Source: Waterburya sp.
GTDB lineage: Bacteria; Cyanobacteriota; Cyanobacteriia; Cyanobacteriales; Xenococcaceae
Reading direction: 5' to 3'
Length of the DNA: 64,000 nt
NCBI GenBank assembly: GCA_965217895.1
Contig: CBDCJV010000002.1
Location: forward strand, 736,001 to 800,000
The translations under genes and the position numbers were made by a program. This document shows, piece by piece, positions 21,151 to 32,425 of this stretch (positions are counted from its first letter, which is position 1; every line of letters begins with the position of its first letter). The notes below the pieces were generated by a model. That model saw only the letters and a list, made by a program, of their open reading frames with translations, made no database searches and had not been told where the DNA came from.

Positions 21151-22857
21151 ATGAGAATCAACCGCGAACGATATGGAGAATTATTTGGTGCGACCAAAGG
21201 CGATCGCCTGCGTCTGGGAGATACTTCAATAATTATTGAAATTGAAGCGGATACAGGAGTTTACGGGGATGAATGTGTTTTTGGTGGCGGAAAAACGCTA
21301 CGGGATGGTTTGGGTTTAGCACCAGGAGTTACGGCATCTCAAGGCGCATTAGATTTGGTTTTAACCAATGTTATCGTCATGGATGCGGTGTTGGGCATTA
21401 TTAAAACCGATCTGGGCATCAAAGATGGCAAAATAGTGGGTATTGGTAAGGCTGGTAATCCAGATATTATGGACGGGGTAACACCCAATCTAATTGTTAG
21501 TGCCAATACAGATGTACGCTCGGCTGAAGGCTTGATTGCTACGGCTGGTGGAATTGATGGTCACGTTCATTTTGATAGTGCTGGGTTGTGCGCTGAAGCT
21601 CTTTCTAGCGGTATTACTACCATGATTGGTGGTGGTTTAGGCCCTGTTACCGTGGGGATTTGTTCGGGTGGGGCGCGGAATTTAGGAATTATGCTGCAAG
21701 CCACAGAAAGCTTTCCGATTAATTTTGGTTTCCTGGGTAAAGGTAGCTCTAGTTTACCTGCCAGTTTAATAGAACAGATCGAAGGTGGGGCAATCGGCTT
21801 AAAGATTCACGAAGATTGGGGGGCGATGCCTGCTGCCATTGATACTTGTCTGAGGGTGGCAGATGAATACGATTTTCAAGTACAGCTACACAGCGATACT
21901 CTTAACGAATCGGGATATGTGGAAGATACCTTAGATGCGATCGCAGGTCGTACCATTCATATGTACCATACGGAAGGGGCTGGGGGCGGTCATGCACCAG
22001 ATATTATTAAAGTGGCTTCTTATCCTCACTGTTTGCCCTCTTCTACCAACCCGACTAATCCCTATACGATAAATACTTTTGACGAGCATTTAGATATGGT
22101 GATGGTCTGTCATCATCTCAATCCTAGAGTACCCGAAGATATTGCTTTTGCCGACTCGCGTATTCGAGCCGAAACCATTGCTGCTGAAGATATTTTGCAC
22201 GATATGGGAGCAATTTCCATGATGGGTTCGGATAGTCAGGGAATGGGGCGCATTGCCGAAACAATCTGTCGTACATGGCAACTGGCTTCTAAAATGAAAG
22301 ACCAGCGAGGAGTATTACCAGGAGATAGCGATCGCCATGATAATCAAAGAGCTTTACGCTATTTAGCTAAATATACAATTAACCCCGCCCGCACCTACGG
22401 CATAGATCGCTATGTAGGTTCATTAGAACCAGGAAAAATTGCCGATATAGTGCTGTGGCAACCTGGATTCTTTGGTATTAAGCCCGAATTGATTATAAAA
22501 GGTGGTTTTATTACTTGGTCGCCCATGGGAGAGTCGAATGCTTCTTTAATGACCTGCGAACCAATTATTTATCGACCACAGTGGAGTAGTTTTGGTATTG
22601 CACCTCAAGCTACTTCCTTTAGTTTTATGACCCAAGCAGCCATAGATAAAGGCATCCCTAATAAATTAGGTTTGCAAAAACCAGCTTTAGCTGTAACAGG
22701 TACTCGTTCTTTATCTAAGTCTGACCTAATACACAATAATATTTGTCCTCAGATTAAAGTCGATCCTGATACATTTCAGGTCAAAGTTGACGGCGAACTA
22801 GCAATCTGCGAACCAGTCGATCGCGTTCCTTTGGGAAGATTATATATGTTTCGTTAA
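21151..22857 (+). CDS. ureC: Urease alpha subunit, divergent paralog
   Basis: [39 protein letters not shown] and SDSQ retained; substrate-pocket loops altered. Confidence 0.9.
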   Translation: MRINRERYGELFGATKGDRLRLGDTSIIIEIEADTGVYGDECVFGGGKTLRDGLGLAPGVTASQGALDLVLTNVIVMDAVLGIIKTDLGIKDGKIVGIGKAGNPDIMDGVTPNLIVSANTDVRSAEGLIATAGGIDGHVHFDSAGLCAEALSSGITTMIGGGLGPVTVGICSGGARNLGIMLQATESFPINFGFLGKGSSSLPASLIEQIEGGAIGLKIHEDWGAMPAAIDTCLRVADEYDFQVQLHSDTLNESGYVEDTLDAIAGRTIHMYHTEGAGGGHAPDIIKVASYPHCLPSSTNPTNPYTINTFDEHLDMVMVCHHLNPRVPEDIAFADSRIRAETIAAEDILHDMGAISMMGSDSQGMGRIAETICRTWQLASKMKDQRGVLPGDSDRHDNQRALRYLAKYTINPARTYGIDRYVGSLEPGKIADIVLWQPGFFGIKPELIIKGGFITWSPMGESNASLMTCEPIIYRPQWSSFGIAPQATSFSFMTQAAIDKGIPNKLGLQKPALAVTGTRSLSKSDLIHNNICPQIKVDPDTFQVKVDGELAICEPVDRVPLGRLYMFR

Positions 22858-22966
22858 TCGTGTCTGGTGTTGAAATTCGTAAGAATCGCTACTCCTATAG
22901 TTAAAACTTCATGATAATGTTAAGTCCAATTATTGTTAAAGAATGCAGTAGGGCAAAATATTTCTT

Positions 22967-23797
22967 ATGGAACGTACATTTGTTGGTACTCTCAAAACCT
23001 TATGGCGTTATCCAGTTAAATCGATGCAGGGGGAAGAATTAGACAAGTCAGATATCGACATAAAAGGATTATTGGGCGATCGCACTCATGCCCTTTGGGA
23101 CGTAGAAACTAAGCGCGTTGCCAGTGCCAAAAATCCGCGAAAATGGTCGTCTTTACTTAACTGTCATGCCACCTTTGAGCAAACACCCCAGGTAGATAAA
23201 CTTATACCTACCGTACATATTTCTCTCCCTGATGGTTCTACTATTACCAGCAAGCAAGCTGATATTAATACCCAGCTATCTAACTGGATTAAGCGAGAAG
23301 TAAAGTTTCTGACTACTGCCCCTGAAACACCCAGTCTCGACCAATACTGGCCAGATGTCGAAGGCACAGCCTATCAAGATACGGTGACTCAGTTGTTTAT
23401 GCCGACTGAAACTTTTTTCGATTCCTGCCCGATTCACGCGATTACTACTGCTACTCTTAATCGTCTACAACAACTTTATCCAGATGGAGAATTTGCTATC
23501 TGTCGCTTTCGCCCTAACTTACTGATTGATACCTTATCAACTCAAGCTGATTTTGTCGAAAATGATTGGGTTGGTCATATTCTAGCGATCGGCGATTCTG
23601 TTAGGCTTAAGATTGATACAGCCTGTCCTCGATGTGTCGTAACCACTTTGGCACAAGAGGGATTGCCTCAAGATTTAAATATTTTGAAAACTACTGCTAA
23701 GTATAACGATGTTATTGCAGGAATAAGATTGTCAGTCATTCAAGGAGGCACTATTCATCAAGGAGATTCTATCTGGTTGTTAGAAATTAAAGTTTAG
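22967..23797 (+). CDS. MOSC domain protein (YcbX/mARC-like)
   Basis: LWRYPVKSMQGE, GDR, RFRPNLL, CPRC motifs. Confidence 0.88.
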   Translation: MERTFVGTLKTLWRYPVKSMQGEELDKSDIDIKGLLGDRTHALWDVETKRVASAKNPRKWSSLLNCHATFEQTPQVDKLIPTVHISLPDGSTITSKQADINTQLSNWIKREVKFLTTAPETPSLDQYWPDVEGTAYQDTVTQLFMPTETFFDSCPIHAITTATLNRLQQLYPDGEFAICRFRPNLLIDTLSTQADFVENDWVGHILAIGDSVRLKIDTACPRCVVTTLAQEGLPQDLNILKTTAKYNDVIAGIRLSVIQGGTIHQGDSIWLLEIKV

Positions 23798-23860
23798 GAT
23801 AGTTGTTCAACTGATTGACTATCATGGCTTTTAGAGTTGGCTAACTTATGGCAGTAATTT

Positions 23861-24931
23861 TTAAACTCTTTTAACCTGCTCTCTTTCTACCGCTTCAAAC
23901 AAGGCTTTAAAATTGCCTTGACCAAAACCTTTTGCTTCTTGTCTACGTTCAATAAATTCAAGAAAAAAAGTTGGCTGCTCAAAAATGGGCTGAGTAAAAA
24001 TCTGCATCAGTAAAGATTCTACAACAGGCTGATATTCTAACTCCCCTCGATCGCCATCGACTAAAATTTGCAGATCGGCGATCGCTTGCCACTCTTGAAT
24101 GCTTAACCGTGATTTATGCTTTAGCAGACGGTAATAGGACTGGGGTACGGTTAAAAAATTAAGATGAGGCTGCATCAAAGCCACGTCGGCAATCAAGTTT
24201 TGCGATCGCAATGCTAGATGTTGAATACCCGATCCACCATTAAGATTGATAAATTCTTGAATTTGAGAATTGGCTGTCGTTGGTTGATTAATATTAAACT
24301 GCACTTCACCGCTATCATTGATTAAAGCCTGACTGGTTAATCCTGATTTTTCGGTGTGAATATTAAAACTCTGCTGTATTTTAAATCCAAATAAAGACTG
24401 ATATAACTTGACAGCAGAGTCTAATTTACCCACAGCAACATTGAGAACAACGTGATCGATATGAGTAATATTTGTCTGGAAATCAGCCTTGAGCGAATAT
24501 GGCTCAATATCTATATCTGGTAAGCAATAATCAAATTTATCTGAAGTCCCTTCAATTAAAGTATGTTGGAGAGAATTCCAGCCAGTAATTTTGGCAGCTT
24601 TAAATTTCCCTGGTAACGATCGGTAAGTTTGAGGATGCTGTAATATTTTTACTCCTAAATACTTACCCTGACTAATAACTGATTTAATATCATCTATTCT
24701 AAAGGCAATATCCACTATCCCCGAAGGATGAAGCTCAAGATACTTGGCAACTGGACTAGTATTGCTTAAGGGCGAAGAAATTACCAAAAAAGCCGAATTT
24801 AAGGCAATTACCTCAGTCTGGGTGTGTTTATTAATACTTCTGCCGATCGCTTGAAAGCCGACATTGTGGATAAACCAGTCTCTTGTTCTTGCTGCATTCC
24901 TGGTATAGAAATGAACATGATCGATCTTCAT
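23861..24931 (-). CDS. hppD: 4-hydroxyphenylpyruvate dioxygenase (start moved to ATG 24931)
   Basis: MKIDHVHFY, IDHVVLNV, GIQHLAL, FFLEFIERR, GFGQGNFKALFEA. Confidence 0.92.
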   Translation of the reverse strand: MKIDHVHFYTRNAARTRDWFIHNVGFQAIGRSINKHTQTEVIALNSAFLVISSPLSNTSPVAKYLELHPSGIVDIAFRIDDIKSVISQGKYLGVKILQHPQTYRSLPGKFKAAKITGWNSLQHTLIEGTSDKFDYCLPDIDIEPYSLKADFQTNITHIDHVVLNVAVGKLDSAVKLYQSLFGFKIQQSFNIHTEKSGLTSQALINDSGEVQFNINQPTTANSQIQEFINLNGGSGIQHLALRSQNLIADVALMQPHLNFLTVPQSYYRLLKHKSRLSIQEWQAIADLQILVDGDRGELEYQPVVESLLMQIFTQPIFEQPTFFLEFIERRQEAKGFGQGNFKALFEAVEREQVKRV

Positions 24932-24963
24932 AAAGTTATTACTGTCGTAACTGTTGAGCCTAT

Positions 24964-25821
24964 CTATTTCGTAGCACAAATCAACCCAAAACGAATCAAT
25001 CCCCTGGCATAGCCGCGACTCATCAGATTTAAAGATAATGCTCCTTGGATTGTTTGCCAACCTGCTTGGAATAAACCCATGATTGCCTGGGGTGTAATAG
25101 CTGAGTCGATTACTACATCCCAGAAAGGCGACACCGCCATCGACCAATCATCTGATTTAAGCTCATTAAAACCACATTCAGTTGCGATCGCCCGATACTC
25201 GGACAAAGAGATCACATAAGGTAGGCAATATACGCGATAAATTTCTTTGAGATGAGCAATTTCATTAACAGTTAAATTCCCAGCTAAAGAATCAGTTTCT
25301 CGATGACACCAGGTAGCTAAAATTATTTTTCCGCCTGGCTTTAAGACGCGATAACATTCTGCCAAGAATTTGGTTTTATCGGGCATATGTTCCCCGCTTT
25401 CTAATGACCACACCAAATCAAAAGTATTGTCCTCAAAAGGCATCTCTAAAGCGTTCGCTACTTCAAACCTAACGCGATCGTCTAAATCTGCTTCTACTGC
25501 CCTTTCCCTGGCTCTAAATGCTTGCACAGGAGATAAAGTAATGCCTGTAGCCTTACTGCCAAACTTTTGGGCTAAATATAAGGTACTGCCACCAATACCG
25601 CAGCCGACATCAATTATTTTCTTGGGCGCATTATTTTCAGCATAACCAGCCCAAATTAACAATTCTTCAATTAATTCTATTTGCGCCTGACGGCGATCTA
25701 ATCTGTAGTTACCATTCTTGCCATAGTAACCGTGGTGCATATGTTCACCCCAAACTTCCTCCCATATTCCGCTAGAGGCATCATAAAACTCTCTGATATT
25801 TTGATATAAGTTGTTACTCAT
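24964..25821 (-). CDS. Gamma-tocopherol methyltransferase-like SAM methyltransferase
   Basis: WGEHMHHGYY, DVGCGIGGS, WSLESGEHMPDK; adjacent to hppD. Confidence 0.85.
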   Translation of the reverse strand: MSNNLYQNIREFYDASSGIWEEVWGEHMHHGYYGKNGNYRLDRRQAQIELIEELLIWAGYAENNAPKKIIDVGCGIGGSTLYLAQKFGSKATGITLSPVQAFRARERAVEADLDDRVRFEVANALEMPFEDNTFDLVWSLESGEHMPDKTKFLAECYRVLKPGGKIILATWCHRETDSLAGNLTVNEIAHLKEIYRVYCLPYVISLSEYRAIATECGFNELKSDDWSMAVSPFWDVVIDSAITPQAIMGLFQAGWQTIQGALSLNLMSRGYARGLIRFGLICATK

Positions 25822-25925
25822 TAAATTATGGCAATTGCGATCAGGCTTGTTACACTCTATCTAAATCTCTTTTTTTTCGCTGGAAATAATGGCATTTGGT
25901 AAAAAATCAGGAATGAATCTAAAAA

Positions 25926-26273
25926 TTAATTAGAAAAGCGAACATTGTTTTCCGTAACGACAACAAACCCATCAAATATTCTTTGAGGGTAAAGTACAAA
26001 TAAACGCTGTAAAACGTTAATTTTATTTGTAGAACGTTCGTCTTGAAGACGCATCAGAATTATGCCTTTATGAGGTAGTTTTTCTCGATAAACTTTTTCG
26101 CCAAAATCTTTATCATTGGTAATCAAAATCCAACCTTCATCAAAAGCTTTCTTGATAATTGCATCATCTGTAATGCCTCTAGCTTCTTCATAAACTGAAA
26201 GTACTTCGTTTCCTTCTTCTTTTAACCAGCCAGCTACTTTAATACCCGTACATTCATCTACTAAAAAACGCAT
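25926..26273 (-). CDS. DUF5615 PIN-like toxin
   Basis: MRFLVDEC...ILITNDKDFGE; paired with DUF433. Confidence 0.8.
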   Translation of the reverse strand: MRFLVDECTGIKVAGWLKEEGNEVLSVYEEARGITDDAIIKKAFDEGWILITNDKDFGEKVYREKLPHKGIILMRLQDERSTNKINVLQRLFVLYPQRIFDGFVVVTENNVRFSN

Positions 26274-26283
26274 CTTGTAAACT

Positions 26284-26523
26284 TTATGCCATTAATGGCA
26301 TAAAAGTTGTACTTTCAAGAGACTGAGAAGCAAAGAGTAAACAAGCTCTGATATCTGCTTCGACTATATCCTCATACTCTTCTATAATCTCTGCTGTTGT
26401 TGCGCCATGAGCTAGAAGATTAAGAATATATTCTACCGTTAGGCGCGTACCTTTAATGACTGGTTTTCCAACCATTACTTTGGGATTGCTAGTGATCCTA
26501 CTCAAAAGTTGGCGATCGCTCAT
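26284..26523 (-). CDS. DUF433 antitoxin
   Basis: PKVMVGKPVIKGTRLTVE motif. Confidence 0.88.
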   Translation of the reverse strand: MSDRQLLSRITSNPKVMVGKPVIKGTRLTVEYILNLLAHGATTAEIIEEYEDIVEADIRACLLFASQSLESTTFMPLMA

Positions 26524-26768
26524 AATTTTATTATAAAAAGCTTTACAAAAATGTTTGATGATTGTCTTGCTACTTATCTTTGTCTTTTATTCTTTAGTTT
26601 ACTCTTTTCTTTTTCATACTCTTCTTTTATTTTCTTTAATCTTTTGGACATAGCATTTCCAAAACCTCAGCCATCAGTATGCTACACAGCGAAAAATCGC
26701 CTACTTGACTCTAGAAGACTAGTTTTCAAAAGTTAAGTAGGCAATCTAATTTAATTATGTGTATAATG

Positions 26769-26796
26769 TGACTAGCGGTCATGTGACTTTCAGTCA
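26769..26796. promoter_or_regulatory. Tandem TGAC-N5-GTCA operator upstream of the truncated TetR
   Basis: TGACTAGCGGTCA-TG-TGACTTTCAGTCA, directly after TATAAT at 26762. Confidence 0.7.
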
Positions 26797-26814
26797 TATT
26801 AAAATAAGCACAAT

Positions 26815-27006
26815 ATGCCAAGCCAAACTTTTTTTAATTTACCTAAAGAAAAGCGAGACACCTTGATCAAAATTGCGCTAAACGAGTTTTCTGCTAATGA
26901 ATACAACTCTGCATCTGTTTCTCGAATTGTCAAAGAGACTGGTATTGCTAAAGGTAGTTTCTATCAATATTTTCAAGATAAAAAAGATCTTTATCTATTT
27001 GAATAA
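26815..27006 (+). pseudogene. Truncated TetR regulator (HTH domain only)
   Basis: MPSQTFFNLP...IAKGSFYQYFQDKKDLY is homologous to the N-terminus of 40196-40909; stops right after the HTH, next to an IS fragment. Confidence 0.8.
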
Positions 27007-27069
27007 GGCATTTTTCCCTGATTATACCTCTTTTACCAAGATCCCAAATGGCTTCTATAAGTAGTGGTG

Positions 27070-27421
27070 CAAATAAACGCATCGAGCAAGGAAAAAGTCT
27101 TTTATGGCAGGGAAAAGTTAATGAAACTTTAGCTTTATTTTCGCCTTTAAAAAAGAAACAAGCACAAAACTTTTGTACTTATTTAGAAAATCATCGCGAT
27201 CGCATTGTCAACTATGATTATTATCAAGCAGAAAATATTTGTGCCATTGCTTCAGGTGGGGTGGAGTCTACCGTTAAGCAGATAGACCGAAGACTAAAAA
27301 TTTCAGGCGCGCAATGGAAAATTGAAAATGTACCACAAGTCTTAAAACATCGATGCGCCTATCTCAACAATACTCTTTTTACTCAGTAGTACTTATGTTC
27401 TTGTATAATTGACTTGCTCCC
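27070..27421 (+). mobile_element. 3' fragment and right end of the ISKra4-like element
   Basis: Protein identical from NKRIEQ onward to the 38389-38838 ORF; ends in TTGACTTGCTCCC. Confidence 0.88.
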
Positions 27422-27620
27422 TAGTGATCAGTAATTTGATGAGTAGTATGTAGTAGATGAAGGCTTAAGTAAAGACACCATTTTGTTAACCTCAAACCCT
27501 TACCATATCTAACTTGCTACTTAAGCGAAGCGTTAGTAGCCTTTTGTTAGCTACTAACTACCTACTACGAACTACAAACTTAATATTTGAGATACTTTTC
27601 TCTATCGGATTTGGGTCGAT

Positions 27621-29273
27621 TTAGTTCGTATTAGCTAACAAAGGTGCAGCAGATAGAAGCTTTTTGGTGTAGGGATGTTTTGCTTGGGTAAATATCTTTT
27701 CGGTGCTGTCTATTTCGACGATTTGACCTGCATTCATGACGGCAATGCGATCGCAAAAGAATCTGGCAACCCAAAGATCGTGGGTGATAAATAAGTAAGT
27801 TAAGTCAAATTCTGCTTTTAAAGCCAGCATTAGCTCTAATACTTGAGTTTGCACCGTAGCATCAAGCATACTAACTGGTTCATCACAGATTACTAATTTA
27901 GGCTTAGTAATTAGAGCGCGAGCGATCGCAACTCTTTGCTGTTGTCCTCCAGAAAGTTCATGGGGATAACGTTGAGCATATTCTTTGGTTGGCGTTAAAC
28001 CAACTTTTTCGAGCATGGTTACTACTTGCTGCTTGGCTTCGGTGGCAGTAGCTAATTTATGAATCAATAAAGGATCGGCAATACTATCCCCTACATTCAT
28101 CAATGGATTTAAGCAGGCATGGGGATCTTGAAACACCATCTGTAGCTGTCGTCGTTGACTGCGCATGGCAGAAGGAGAAAGAGTAGTTAGATCCTGTCCT
28201 AGAAATTTCACCTGTCCCGCCGTCGGTTTGAGCAACTGTAAAATTGTACGGGAAAGTGTGCTTTTACCACAGCCTGACTCTCCCACAAGTCCTAGTATTT
28301 CTCCTTCATAAAGCTCGAAGCTTATTTCGTCAACCGCCTTAATTGTCGCTGCTTTCTCTTGAGAAAATAACTGCTGGAAAAAATTCGCCTCTAGGGTAAA
28401 GTACTGTTTTAAATTTTTAACTTCTAAAATTGGTGTTTGCTTAGTAAGTTTTAGTGGGCTATCATCTACTACCTGTAAGTGAAGGGCTGCATTTAACAAA
28501 GACTTAGTATACTCGTGCTGGGGCTGATAGAGAATAGACTTGACATCTCCTGTTTCTACCATTTTACCCTTGTACATTACTGCAAGGCGATCGCAATATT
28601 CACCTACCATGGCTAAATCGTGAGAAATTAACAGCAAAGCCATTTCTCTTTCGCTACATAGTCTGGTTAATTCAGTTAGAATTTCGGCTGAAACCGTAAC
28701 GTCTAAGCTTGTTGTCGGTTCATCGGCGACAATTACTTTAGGATTAAGCAGTAGTGCCAGAGCGATCGCTACTCGCTGTCTCATGCCGCCACTAAACTCA
28801 TGGGGATATTGTCCCCAACGGTTAGCAGGGATTTTTACAGTTGCTAAAGTTGCGATCGCTAACTGTTTAGCTGCGGATTTAGATAGTCGAGGTTGATGAG
28901 CTTTAATGGTTTCTAAACAATGATCGCCGATGGTCATCAAGGGATCTAGCCTCGTCATTGGATCTTGAAAGATCAAAGCCACTACTTCTCCCCTAAATTG
29001 GCGTAACTGCGCTTTATTTAACTCAAAGACCGACTTTTCTTGGAATACAGCTTTGCCTTCTACCTGACTTCCCTCTGGCAACAAGCGCATTATTGCCCGC
29101 CCTAAAGTAGACTTGCCACAACCAGACTCACCCACTAGCCCCATTTTTTCTCCAGGCTTAAGACTAAAAGAAACATCATCTACCGCCCAAACAGTAGCTT
29201 GATTTGCTTTATGGGGATAGGCAACTCGAAGATTGGCGACTGACAATAGAGCTTGAGTCATAATCTGAGTCAT
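27621..29273 (-). CDS. Peptide/nickel ABC transporter ATP-binding protein with two fused ATPase domains
   Basis: Two GESGCGKST Walker A motifs; YPHEFSGG and YPHELSGG. Confidence 0.9.
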   Translation of the reverse strand: MTQIMTQALLSVANLRVAYPHKANQATVWAVDDVSFSLKPGEKMGLVGESGCGKSTLGRAIMRLLPEGSQVEGKAVFQEKSVFELNKAQLRQFRGEVVALIFQDPMTRLDPLMTIGDHCLETIKAHQPRLSKSAAKQLAIATLATVKIPANRWGQYPHEFSGGMRQRVAIALALLLNPKVIVADEPTTSLDVTVSAEILTELTRLCSEREMALLLISHDLAMVGEYCDRLAVMYKGKMVETGDVKSILYQPQHEYTKSLLNAALHLQVVDDSPLKLTKQTPILEVKNLKQYFTLEANFFQQLFSQEKAATIKAVDEISFELYEGEILGLVGESGCGKSTLSRTILQLLKPTAGQVKFLGQDLTTLSPSAMRSQRRQLQMVFQDPHACLNPLMNVGDSIADPLLIHKLATATEAKQQVVTMLEKVGLTPTKEYAQRYPHELSGGQQQRVAIARALITKPKLVICDEPVSMLDATVQTQVLELMLALKAEFDLTYLFITHDLWVARFFCDRIAVMNAGQIVEIDSTEKIFTQAKHPYTKKLLSAAPLLANTN

Positions 29274-29364
29274 GATTAGCAGTAAAAGAGAGTATAGTTT
29301 ATCGCATTGTAATCATTAGAGAGAGTAGCGTCTAGACTAAATATTTATAGTGATTTGCCTGCAA

Positions 29365-29404
29365 CAGTTAAAACAGTTAGGGCAGTAAGAGCAGTTAGGA
29401 CAGT
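29365..29404. repeat. Degenerate 9-mer tandem repeat (CAGTTAGRG-like)
   Basis: About 4 copies; same unit at 33970-34014. Confidence 0.75.
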
Positions 29405-29538
29405 CTTCTTTGACTACAAACTACTAACTATAAACAACAAACTTCTTTTTAAAGCCGAAATAATCAACATGAGTGACTCAGATTTTGTTAATCTTGAATA
29501 CGCTGTGTTTCCAACCTTAATTACTTTAGCTACCAGGC

Positions 29539-31329
29539 ATGAGAACAAACTACTGTGGCGAATTGCGAGCCAAACATATAGACCAAACCGTTACCATCTA
29601 TGGCTGGGTCGATCGCCGTCGCGATCATGGAGGCGTAATCTTTATTGATTTGCGCGATCGCACTGGCACGGTTCAAATTGTTAGCGATCCTCAACGCACG
29701 CCTCAATCTTATGCCGACGCGGAATCTTTACGCAGCGAATATGTAGTAAAGGCAGTAGGCAAAGTCAGCCAGCGTCCTCCTGAATCCTTAAATGATAAGC
29801 TACCGACGGGACAAGTAGAAATCTATGCCGAATCTATTGAGTTACTCAACGCCGTAAATAAACAACTGCCGTTTCAAGTTTCTACAGCCGACACTGAAAA
29901 TGTTGGCGAAAAACTACGTCTCAAATATCGTTATCTAGATCTGCGACGCGATCGCATGGCAAAAAACCTCCAGCTACGTCATCAGGTAGTCAAGGCAATG
30001 CGTCGTTTCCTCGAAGACGAAGAAAACTTTATGGAGGTAGAGACTCCAATTCTTACTCGCTCAACTCCTGAAGGTGCGCGGGATTATCTTGTACCTTCTC
30101 GCGTCAACCCTGGAAACTGGTATGCTTTGCCTCAGTCCCCGCAGTTATTCAAGCAGTTATTGATGGTGTCGGGATGTGATCGCTATTATCAAATTGCTCG
30201 TTGCTTCCGTGACGAAGATTTGCGCGCCGATAGACAGCCAGAATTTACTCAGCTAGACATGGAAATGAGCTTTATGTCTCAAGATGAGATTATTAAACTC
30301 AACGAGGCTTTAATCTGTCATATCTTTAAGACGGTTAAGAATATTGAGCTTGAGCGTCCTTTCCCTCGTATTACTTACGCCGATTCGATGGCTCGTTACG
30401 GTACAGATCGACCAGATACCCGCTTTGCTATGGAGTTAGTGGATGTCTCAGATATTGTTCAAGACTCAGGGTTTAAAGTCTTTTCGGGTGCGGTAAAAGG
30501 TGGTGGACAAGTTAAAGTCCTGCCTGTTCCTGGCGGTAACGATGCTATTTCTAATGTTCGTATCAAACCCAAAGGAGATATTTTTAATGAAGCCGTAACC
30601 GCAGGTGCTAAAGGTATTGCCTATATTCGCGTCCGAGAAAACAACGAAATAGATACTATTGGTGCAATTAAAGACAATTTGAATGAAGAGCAAAAAACAG
30701 AATTATTAAGCCGTACAGGAGCAAAACCAGGGCATTTACTGCTATTTGGTGCAGGAGATACAGCTACGGTTAATAAATCTTTAGATCGCTTGCGTTTATT
30801 TATTGCTCAAGAGATGGGATTAATTGATAACGAGCAGGTTAATCTAATCTGGGTAACAGAATTTCCGATGTTTGAGTGGAATGCCGATGAAAAACGCTAT
30901 GAAGCACTGCATCACCCTTTTACAGCACCTTACCCTGAAGATATCAAAGATTTAACTACCGCCAGAGCGCAAGCTTACGATCTAGTTTATAACGGTATCG
31001 AAATTGGTGGGGGTAGCTTGAGAATCTATCAAAAAAATATACAAGAAGAAGTCTTTAAAGTGATCGGCTTTTCTACTGAAGAGGCTTATAACAAATTCGG
31101 TTTCTTACTTGAAGCATTTGAATATGGCACACCTCCCCACGGTGGTATAGCTTTTGGCTTAGATCGTTTAGTGATGTTGCTGGCACAAGAAGAGTCTATC
31201 CGTGACGTAATTGCTTTTCCTAAAACTCAACAGGCAAGCTGTCTATTAACAGATGCGCCAGCTTTAGTCGATAACAAACAGCTAAAAGAGCTAGAAATTG
31301 CCTCAACTTACAAACCAAAGAAGGACTAA
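29539..31329 (+). CDS. aspS: Aspartate--tRNA ligase
   Basis: [39 protein letters not shown]. Confidence 0.97.
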   Translation: MRTNYCGELRAKHIDQTVTIYGWVDRRRDHGGVIFIDLRDRTGTVQIVSDPQRTPQSYADAESLRSEYVVKAVGKVSQRPPESLNDKLPTGQVEIYAESIELLNAVNKQLPFQVSTADTENVGEKLRLKYRYLDLRRDRMAKNLQLRHQVVKAMRRFLEDEENFMEVETPILTRSTPEGARDYLVPSRVNPGNWYALPQSPQLFKQLLMVSGCDRYYQIARCFRDEDLRADRQPEFTQLDMEMSFMSQDEIIKLNEALICHIFKTVKNIELERPFPRITYADSMARYGTDRPDTRFAMELVDVSDIVQDSGFKVFSGAVKGGGQVKVLPVPGGNDAISNVRIKPKGDIFNEAVTAGAKGIAYIRVRENNEIDTIGAIKDNLNEEQKTELLSRTGAKPGHLLLFGAGDTATVNKSLDRLRLFIAQEMGLIDNEQVNLIWVTEFPMFEWNADEKRYEALHHPFTAPYPEDIKDLTTARAQAYDLVYNGIEIGGGSLRIYQKNIQEEVFKVIGFSTEEAYNKFGFLLEAFEYGTPPHGGIAFGLDRLVMLLAQEESIRDVIAFPKTQQASCLLTDAPALVDNKQLKELEIASTYKPKKD

Positions 31330-31603
31330 GTTTGTAGGTTGAGGCTAATGTTAATTAAAAATGTTGATAGTCCCAAAGATGTATGTTCTCCGTCTAGCTT
31401 TTCCGTATTATAGTAAGAAAGTAGTTTAGCGATCGCTTTGTAACCGCCAGTCAACTTAGGTAAAAACTAACATAAGGCGATCGCCGTTATTTACCAATAT
31501 TTTTAGCTATACGAAATCACGCCAACCCTTCAGCTTTACTTAGGTAATCGAAAGATTTAGAGTCTATCTAAGTTTGATAATAATGCCTAGTAGAAGAATA
31601 AAA

Positions 31604-32020
31604 ATGAGAAATCAAATTTGGTATATCGCCTTGCTTATCGGATTAATGTGTCTTATTCGTTTTAGTCTGAGTGTTTTGGGCTATGCTTCACCCCATTGGT
31701 TTATGGAAGAAGTAGGAATATCTTTGTCTGCTAATCCTTAAATGCCATATGCTATTCGCGCTTGGGCGATTAGAGATATAGTAATTTCTATACTTGTAGC
31801 CTTGGCAGATAAGACCACAGTTAAGATGCTTTTGATCGCCTGCGTTGCTATCGATTTTACAGATATTGTTTCTGCTTATTTAAGTGGAGTAGCAGGATTA
31901 TTTGATACAGCAGATGGTTGGTTATTAAAACTAACTTCTACTGCGATCGCTGCCCTATTTTTGGAATTAGTAGCAATTGCACTACTTTCTAAAGATAAAG
32001 CCCAAGAAAGTGCCAATTAA
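31604..32020 (+). pseudogene. DUF4267-like membrane protein with an internal stop
   Basis: ATG 31604 opens 45 codons to an in-frame TAA at 31739-31741, then continues in frame as MPYAIRAWAIRD... Confidence 0.65.
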
Positions 32021-32329
32021 AGTAACTTTGATTGATTAAAGAAATTACAACCTGTTTTTTACAACCGCTTATTTATCGCTAAGAAAAAGGGATTTGTATG
32101 AAATTAGGCTGACGATTAGTTTGATATTATCTTTGCTGTCTTAATTGTCTGGGAGATACACCTAGCAACTTCTTCGATCATAAAAACCAACGCGGATGGC
32201 TACATCTGCGATCGCTAAGCAAAAAAAATTGTTACTCAGCTAAGGTTGTGGAATGATTTAACAAGACCAAAAATTAATTACTCCCCAAGTCTCTTAGTCA
32301 GCTTAAACCATCCCATTATGATGCAACTC

Positions 32330-32422
32330 CTATTTACCTAATTCCATATTAAGTTCCTCAGCAACCGCTTGTGCTAACTGGGGATTTGCCGTATCAGCAA
32401 AAAGTTGAAAATTACCAGTCAT
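32330..32422 (-). pseudogene. N-terminal remnant resembling ribose-phosphate pyrophosphokinase
   Basis: MTGNFQLFADTANPQLAQAVAEELNMELGK* resembles the Prs N-terminus (LFxGxANPxLAxxIA). Confidence 0.5.
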
Positions 32423-32425
32423 TAA

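Noticed and set aside
23861..25147. 428-aa HppD with an N-terminal extension
   Set aside because: The extension overlaps the upstream methyltransferase; family similarity begins at MKIDHVHFY (24931).
29355..29648. 97-aa ORF upstream of aspS, and the similar 33648-34055 ORF
   Set aside because: They are made of 9-mer tandem repeats plus out-of-frame or antisense overlap with real genes.
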